From: Candidatus Eiseniibacteriota bacterium
GTDB lineage: Bacteria; Eisenbacteria; RBG-16-71-46
Assembly: GCA_041483195.1 (NCBI GenBank)
Contig: JBGPFC010000004.1
Location: 32,001 to 96,000 of the forward strand
Reading direction: 5' to 3'
Length of the DNA: 64,000 nucleotides
Made by a program: the position numbers and the translations under genes. Under the pieces are notes generated by a model. That model was not told the origin of the DNA. It did not search any database and saw only the letters and a list, made by a program, of their open reading frames with translations. This document shows, piece after piece, positions 58,741 to 64,000 of the stretch (position 1 is its first letter; every line of letters begins with the position of its first letter).

Positions 58741-61355
58741 CGTGTCACTCCTTTGACTGCGGGCGGATTGCCCGCGATGGCCGGTCCGGGCCGCTCCGCG
58801 GCCGCGTGTGCCGGAAGCCGCCGCGGGCGCCGGAGCACGACCCCCACGGTGCGCAGCAGCGTGCGAATGTCGAGCACCAGAGAGCGGTGCTCGATGTAGT
58901 GCAGGTCGAACTGAACGCGCCGCCCGATGCGCCCGGAATCACCGTCGGAATATTCCGCGATCTGGGCCAGCCCGGTGATGCCGGGCAGCACCGTGAAGCG
59001 GCGCTCGTATTCGGGCAGCACGCCCTTCCAGCGCAGCACCATATCTTCTCTCTCGGCGCCCGGTCCGACCAGCGCCATTTCGCCGCGCAGCACGTTGAGC
59101 AGGAACGGCAGGGTGTCCAGCCGGCGGCGCGCCGTCCAGCGGCTCACCGGGCCGAGGTCGCTGCGGAAGCGCGCGCAGTGAATGGGCGTTCCGAGCAGAT
59201 CCTGGGTCCTGCGCTGGATGCTGCGGCGATCGATGGCGGGTAGATCCCGCTGCCCGCGCCGCTCCAGGGCGCGGCGGGTCCTCCCGATTCGCGTCTCGCG
59301 CAGCAGGATGTCGCGGGCTCCGCGCAGCCTCCCCTCGACCACGAGCAACGCCCACAGCGGCGAGGCGAGCGCGAGCAGCGCGAGCGCCAGCGCCCAGTCC
59401 AGCGCGCCGCGCGCGGTCGCGCGCAGGTCTCGCGCGGTCGCGTACGCCCGCGGACGCTGGGGGACCGACACCGGGAGCTCGATGACCGCGCTCGCGGGCG
59501 GCGGCGCTGCCGCGTCGATCCGCGGCTCCCGGTAGTCGGGCACCAGCCGGTGGAGTTGCCGCTTCACCGCCTCGCGATCGCCATTCTCTGCGATCGCGAT
59601 GAGCTCGACGACCTCGGAGAGCAGGCCCGCCTCGTCGCGCGCGTCCAGCTCCCACATGATGATGCGCTCGTGGCGCGTGAGGCGGGTGCGCTCGGCCGCG
59701 GAGTGCAATTCCTCGTAGAGTTTCTCGCCGGGCCGCAGCCCGGTGTACACGATCTCGATGTCATCCCCCTCGCGCAGCCCCGACATCCGGATCAGCTGTC
59801 GCGCGAGATCGACGATGCGCACCTGCTCACCCATGTCGAGCAGGAAGACTTCGCCCCCGTGTCCCATCGCGCCGGCCTGCAGCACCAGCCGGACCGCCTC
59901 GGGAATGGTCATGAAGAAGCGACGGGCCTCGGGGTGGGTCACCGTGATCGGCCCGCCGCGATCGATCTGGCGCTGGAAGAGCGGGATCACCGACCCGTCG
60001 CTCCCCAGCACGTTGCCGAACCGCACCGCCATGAACCGGGTGCGGCTGTGCTGGGAGCGGCTCTGGAGGATCATCTCGCAGACGCGCTTCGATGCGCCCA
60101 TCACGCTGGTGGGGTTGACGGCCTTGTCGGTCGAGATCAGGACGAACTTGTCGACGCCGAAGCGATCGGCGATGTCGACCAAGAAGCGCGTGCCCATGAT
60201 GTTGTTGAGCACCGCCTCCCGCGGGTTGGCTTCGAGCAGCGGCACGTGCTTGTGGGCTGCGGCATGGAACACGACCGTGGGGCGGAAGCGGCGAAACGCG
60301 ATCTCGAGCCCTTCCGCGTCCTTGATATCCGCGACCACCGCGTTCAGCGTGAGCCCGGGGTGCTCCGCGTCGAGCTCGTTGTGAACGTAGTAGAGGCCGT
60401 TCTCCGCGTGATCGAGCAGTATCAATTCGGCGGGCTCGAACCCCGCGACCTGGCGCGCCAGCTCCGAGCCGATCGAGCCGCCCGCGCCGGTGACCATCAC
60501 ACGCTGGCCCCGCAGGAATTCCGCGAGCTCTCCCATGTTGAGCTGCACCGGCTCGCGCCCCAGCAGATCCTCGATCCGCATGTCGCGCATCTGCGAAAGC
60601 GCGGTGCGCCCGTGCTGCATCTCGGAGAGGCCGGGCAGCGTCTTCACCCGGACGTTGGCCTCCGCGCAGAAACGCGCGATCTCGCGCACGACCTTCGCGG
60701 GAACGCCGACGTCCGAGATGATCACCATCTCCGCGCGCTGATCCTCGAGAACCCGCGGGAGCTCTGCGATCGTGCCCCACACCCGCACCCCCTCGACCAG
60801 GTGACCGGTGAGGCGGCCGTCGTCGTCGATGAACCCCACCGGGTTCAGCGTCTCTGCGCCGTCGTGCGCGCGCCGCATCTCCTGGATCAGGTGGACGCCG
60901 GTGTGATCGGCCCCCACGATCAGCGTGCGCAGCGCGCGGCTCGGCATCGGGCCCAGCACGCGCTCGCGGGAGAGACGCCATGCGAAGCGGGTCCCCCCCA
61001 GCAGCACCAGCTCCCAGATCCAGATCATGACGATCAGGCTGCGTGGGAACAGCGGCTCGGGGGTGAACAGCATGATCCCCACCAGCGCCGCGGCGGAGAG
61101 CGTGACGCCCTTGAAGACCTGGAAGAGCGTCACGGTGCTGGCGTATCGCCACAGGCCGTGGTACAGACCGGATGCGAAGAATCCCGCCAGCGAGAGCGCC
61201 GTGAACCAGGGGGTGGCGAGCAGGTATCCGTGCCAGTATCGCGCGGGGATGTCGCCTTCGAATCGCAGCAGCAGCGAGACCAGGAAGCAGGCCTGGAGCA
61301 GCACGGAATAGCCGACGGTCAGCAGGAAGAACCGCGGCGCTTTCTTCAGTCCCAT
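58737..61355 (-). CDS. CapD/PglF-type nucleotide-sugar 4,6-dehydratase fused to a C-terminal sugar-transferase-like domain
   Basis: VTGAGGSIGSEL, HAAAHKHVP, ISTDKAVNPT, VRFGNVLGS, GLRPGEKLYEEL, then ...LLNVLRGEMALVGP...VLPGITGLAQI...DLHYIEHRSLVLD. Confidence 0.9.
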   Translation of the reverse strand: MGLKKAPRFFLLTVGYSVLLQACFLVSLLLRFEGDIPARYWHGYLLATPWFTALSLAGFFASGLYHGLWRYASTVTLFQVFKGVTLSAAALVGIMLFTPEPLFPRSLIVMIWIWELVLLGGTRFAWRLSRERVLGPMPSRALRTLIVGADHTGVHLIQEMRRAHDGAETLNPVGFIDDDGRLTGHLVEGVRVWGTIAELPRVLEDQRAEMVIISDVGVPAKVVREIARFCAEANVRVKTLPGLSEMQHGRTALSQMRDMRIEDLLGREPVQLNMGELAEFLRGQRVMVTGAGGSIGSELARQVAGFEPAELILLDHAENGLYYVHNELDAEHPGLTLNAVVADIKDAEGLEIAFRRFRPTVVFHAAAHKHVPLLEANPREAVLNNIMGTRFLVDIADRFGVDKFVLISTDKAVNPTSVMGASKRVCEMILQSRSQHSRTRFMAVRFGNVLGSDGSVIPLFQRQIDRGGPITVTHPEARRFFMTIPEAVRLVLQAGAMGHGGEVFLLDMGEQVRIVDLARQLIRMSGLREGDDIEIVYTGLRPGEKLYEELHSAAERTRLTRHERIIMWELDARDEAGLLSEVVELIAIAENGDREAVKRQLHRLVPDYREPRIDAAAPPPASAVIELPVSVPQRPRAYATARDLRATARGALDWALALALLALASPLWALLVVEGRLRGARDILLRETRIGRTRRALERRGQRDLPAIDRRSIQRRTQDLLGTPIHCARFRSDLGPVSRWTARRRLDTLPFLLNVLRGEMALVGPGAEREDMVLRWKGVLPEYERRFTVLPGITGLAQIAEYSDGDSGRIGRRVQFDLHYIEHRSLVLDIRTLLRTVGVVLRRPRRLPAHAAAERPGPAIAGNPPAVKGVTR

Positions 61356-61647
61356 GGCGTCGATCCTGGCAATCCGGAATTCCCCCGGCCCTCGAGGGCC
61401 GGAGGACGAGGCTGATTGAGATGGCTGCTGGCAAACGCCGGCATGGGATGCCGAATGCGAAGCGACCCGGCAGCGTCCGAAACGCCGGCGCCCATGCAGC
61501 GACGTCCGTGCCCGAGCGATTGGCACCCGCCCGCGACCCAGCACCGGAGTCGATCCCGGCACCGGAATTCGCCCGGTCGTACTTAAGGTCGGCAGGTACC
61601 TCCATCCGGGTGAGCGTTTCCCCCGGCCGCGCGCTTCGCCGGAAGGC

Positions 61648-61677
61648 ATTCTATTTGGCTGTGGAGAATACTGTCAA
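61648..61677 (-). promoter_or_regulatory. sigma70 promoter of the EPS operon
   Basis: TTGACA-N18-TAGAAT, about 290 nt upstream of the ATG at 61355. Confidence 0.65.
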
Positions 61678-61831
61678 GAAAAGCGACTGTAAGGCTTTAG
61701 CGTCGCGTGCGTGTGCATCTTGCGAGGTCGCGTTGCAAATCGCGCTGCGCCTCGGTCCAGGCAGCGCGCACGCTCGCTCGGGCCCCGAGGCACCCCGGGT
61801 CCGGGCTCACCTTCACGCGGGAGAATGATCG

Positions 61832-62320
61832 ATGGAAACGGCAGGATCCACCACGCCGGATTTCGGGACGCGCCTCGCACATCTCGAACGGCGCAACCTC
61901 ACGCTCTCCGGTGTGGTCGCGATGCTCGGAGTCCTCGTGCTGGTGATGATCGCGTGGCGGATGCTGCCCGCCCGCCGCACCCTCGACGTCGAACAGATCG
62001 TGCTGCGCGATCGCGAAAACCACGCCCGCGGCGAGCTCGCGGTGGGGTCCGACGGAACCGCGGCGCTGCGGCTCAACGACGTTCGGGGCAAGGCCCGCGC
62101 GCTCTGGCGGGTCATGGCCGACGGCTCGGTCTCGATGCACTTCCGTGACGAGCGCGGCGTTTCGCGCGCGGAGCTCGCGATCGATCCGGCGGGGGTGCCG
62201 AGCCTCGCGCTCACCGGCGCGGACGGTCACACGCGCACGTGGCTCGGCCTGGTCGAAGCGAACGCGGCCGGCATCACCCTGCGCGATCCATCGAACACCA
62301 CGGTGTGGCGCGCGCCATGA
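61832..62320 (+). CDS. hypothetical membrane-anchored protein with beta-hairpin repeats
   Basis: RLAHLERRN + TM helix + ~23-aa repeats of the form LxLxDxxGxxRAxLxV. Confidence 0.7.
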   Translation: METAGSTTPDFGTRLAHLERRNLTLSGVVAMLGVLVLVMIAWRMLPARRTLDVEQIVLRDRENHARGELAVGSDGTAALRLNDVRGKARALWRVMADGSVSMHFRDERGVSRAELAIDPAGVPSLALTGADGHTRTWLGLVEANAAGITLRDPSNTTVWRAP

Positions 62321-62332
62321 GCCCGCGAAACA

Positions 62333-63916
62333 CTATGGCGATGGGCCGCGATGGAGCGCGGCGCTGTCCGGCGCGCCGTCCGGCGCCCGCAGGTAGGCGA
62401 TGATCGTGGGCGAGACCAGGAGCCCGGCCGCGAGCCGCGCGTTCGAGGTCGGCCGGAATACGAGCGGACCGAGATAGCGCCCCGCGGGGGGCGGCGCGTG
62501 GAGCGGATCCCACCACGCCGCGCGCGCGACGGAGTCGGAACGGAAGAAGTACTGATCGAGCGTGGAGAGCAGCACGACGTCCCCGCGGGGCGCGTGCGGG
62601 TCGCTTCGCAGCGAATCGGGCGACGTGTAGAACACCGCGGCGCCGCGCGGCGGGCGCGCCTGAAAGCGCGGATTGCCCGCGACCTCGACCGTCGCCCCCG
62701 CTGGCAGGTGCGAGTCCAGCCAGCGGCCGGCCGCGTAGCGCGGATCGCCCAGCATCAGCGCGTCGAGATTGGGCCCGCCGAGCAGCGCGAGCCCCGCCAC
62801 CGCGACCCCGAGCGCGGCGCGGCGTTCGGGAAACGCGGCCCAAGCTGCGCTCCATCCGCGGGCCGCGAGCGGGAACGCGATCAGCACCAGCGGGAGCAGG
62901 AATCGCGGGTACACGTACCCGACGGCGCCCACGAATCCCACCAGGTAGAGCGCGAGCGCGAGCGCACGCGAGCCGAGGCCCTCCGGCCGCACCCGCAGCG
63001 CCGCCGCCCATCCGATCCCGGCGATCGTGAGCCAGCCCAGCACCACCGGCAGCTCGGCGAGGCCGTGCGCCGCGAGCGCCGCGAACCCGCGCAGGGTCGC
63101 CGGGTAGTCGCGGTCGTAGCGCGCGACGTGGAGGATGAAATCGTGGTGCGCGCGCCACCCCGCAAGATTCCAGGGCAGCTGCCACGCCAGCGCGTAGGCG
63201 GCCGCTCCGGCGAGCCCGACCCAGGCGACCGCCCCCGCGCGCCCTGCTCCCGCGTCGAGCCGCGATGCTCGCCACGCCGCGAGCGCGAGGATCACGACCG
63301 CGATCGGCGCGGCCTGCTCCTTCGAGCACACCGCGAACGCCGCGGCGACCGAAGCCCCCGCGAGCTGGCGCAGCGTGGGCGCCGGGCGTTCGGCGAGGTG
63401 CATGCCGAGCCACAGCCAGAAGAGGTACTGCAGATCGACGTTCGAGGTCCGCGCGTAGTAGACGAACGTGGCCGATCCGAGCGCGAGCAGCGGGAGCAGC
63501 CACGCATCGCGCCGCGCCGCGCCGCGGGCGTGATCGCGCACGGCGAGCCAGACCACTCCGAACGCCATGAGCGCCGTGACGAGTCGCGCGAGCACGATCA
63601 GGGCGAAGATCGAGCGCTCGGGATGCGCGAAGCCCCAGGGATAGGCGGCCTGCGGCGTTCCGATCTCTCCTCCGAGACGCATGGCCGCGAGCACCGGAAG
63701 GTACGCGGCGCCGGTGAGCAGGTACGGAACGGGACCGTACGAAGAATGCCAGCCCGGCCCGTAGTGGTCGGCGATCGCCCGCAGCACCGAGCCCGGAGCG
63801 ATGTTATCCGGGTCCCACGAGTACGGCTGGTGCGCGCCCCACCCGATCGGCGCGAGCACGACCACGATCAGCGCCACCCACGCCGCCGTGAGAGCGGGTT
63901 CGCGGCGAGCAGTCAC
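62333..63916 (-). CDS. GT-C (ArnT/PMT-like) membrane glycosyltransferase
   Basis: WDPD periplasmic loop, ARLVTALM, YYARTSNVD, CSKEQA, YPRFLLP; multi-TM. Confidence 0.72.
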   Translation of the reverse strand: MTARREPALTAAWVALIVVVLAPIGWGAHQPYSWDPDNIAPGSVLRAIADHYGPGWHSSYGPVPYLLTGAAYLPVLAAMRLGGEIGTPQAAYPWGFAHPERSIFALIVLARLVTALMAFGVVWLAVRDHARGAARRDAWLLPLLALGSATFVYYARTSNVDLQYLFWLWLGMHLAERPAPTLRQLAGASVAAAFAVCSKEQAAPIAVVILALAAWRASRLDAGAGRAGAVAWVGLAGAAAYALAWQLPWNLAGWRAHHDFILHVARYDRDYPATLRGFAALAAHGLAELPVVLGWLTIAGIGWAAALRVRPEGLGSRALALALYLVGFVGAVGYVYPRFLLPLVLIAFPLAARGWSAAWAAFPERRAALGVAVAGLALLGGPNLDALMLGDPRYAAGRWLDSHLPAGATVEVAGNPRFQARPPRGAAVFYTSPDSLRSDPHAPRGDVVLLSTLDQYFFRSDSVARAAWWDPLHAPPPAGRYLGPLVFRPTSNARLAAGLLVSPTIIAYLRAPDGAPDSAALHRGPSP

Positions 63917-64000
63917 GCGAATGGAGACACGATCGACGGCGGGGCCAGCGCGGAAACACGGGGAGCGGGCGACGTCGGTGCACGCCGGGCCGCGGCGCGG

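Noticed and set aside
55468..58899. 1143-aa plus-strand ORF
   Set aside because: Antisense shadow of wzc/wza.
61356..61830. sigma54 (-24/-12) promoter or JUMPstart/ops element for the EPS operon
   Set aside because: TGGCAC at about 61521 lacks a properly spaced TTGC and is on the wrong strand; no convincing ops motif.

Overview
High-GC bacterial genomic window. Gene content (FlgD/T9SS-like C-terminal sorting domain, GWxTD protein, exosortase/PrsKR) suggests an FCB-related lineage such as Ca. Eisenbacteria, which is inference only. Most of the window is housekeeping and envelope genes: a TonB-dependent receptor, an mreBCD-mrdA-rodA-lgt-aroE-comF-cbiMQO-rarA operon, outer-membrane proteins and lipoproteins, glutamate dehydrogenase, peptidases, and a ~24 kb exopolysaccharide/exosortase/PrsK-PrsR locus. 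The notable part is a lower-GC accessory (defence) island at ~3.3-11.5 kb, stacked at the 3' end of rarA and marked by a ~310 bp diverged duplicate of the rarA 3' end. The island carries a DRT2-type antiviral reverse transcriptase with a ~280-nt upstream ncRNA (own sigma70 promoter, terminal hairpins, loop-loop pseudoknot). The antisense strand of that ncRNA holds a stop-free hydrophobic Neo-like reading frame. A split -35/-10 promoter becomes correctly spaced only if the template is concatemerised in frame (138 nt or 117 nt period), and the canonical ACA jump motifs are absent from the template edges. The island also holds a nuclease-like+PIN candidate defence gene, an NDT-like effector, a REC-PP2C phosphatase and a 76-bp IS256-like MITE. 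All calls come from reading the sequence; no database searches were run.
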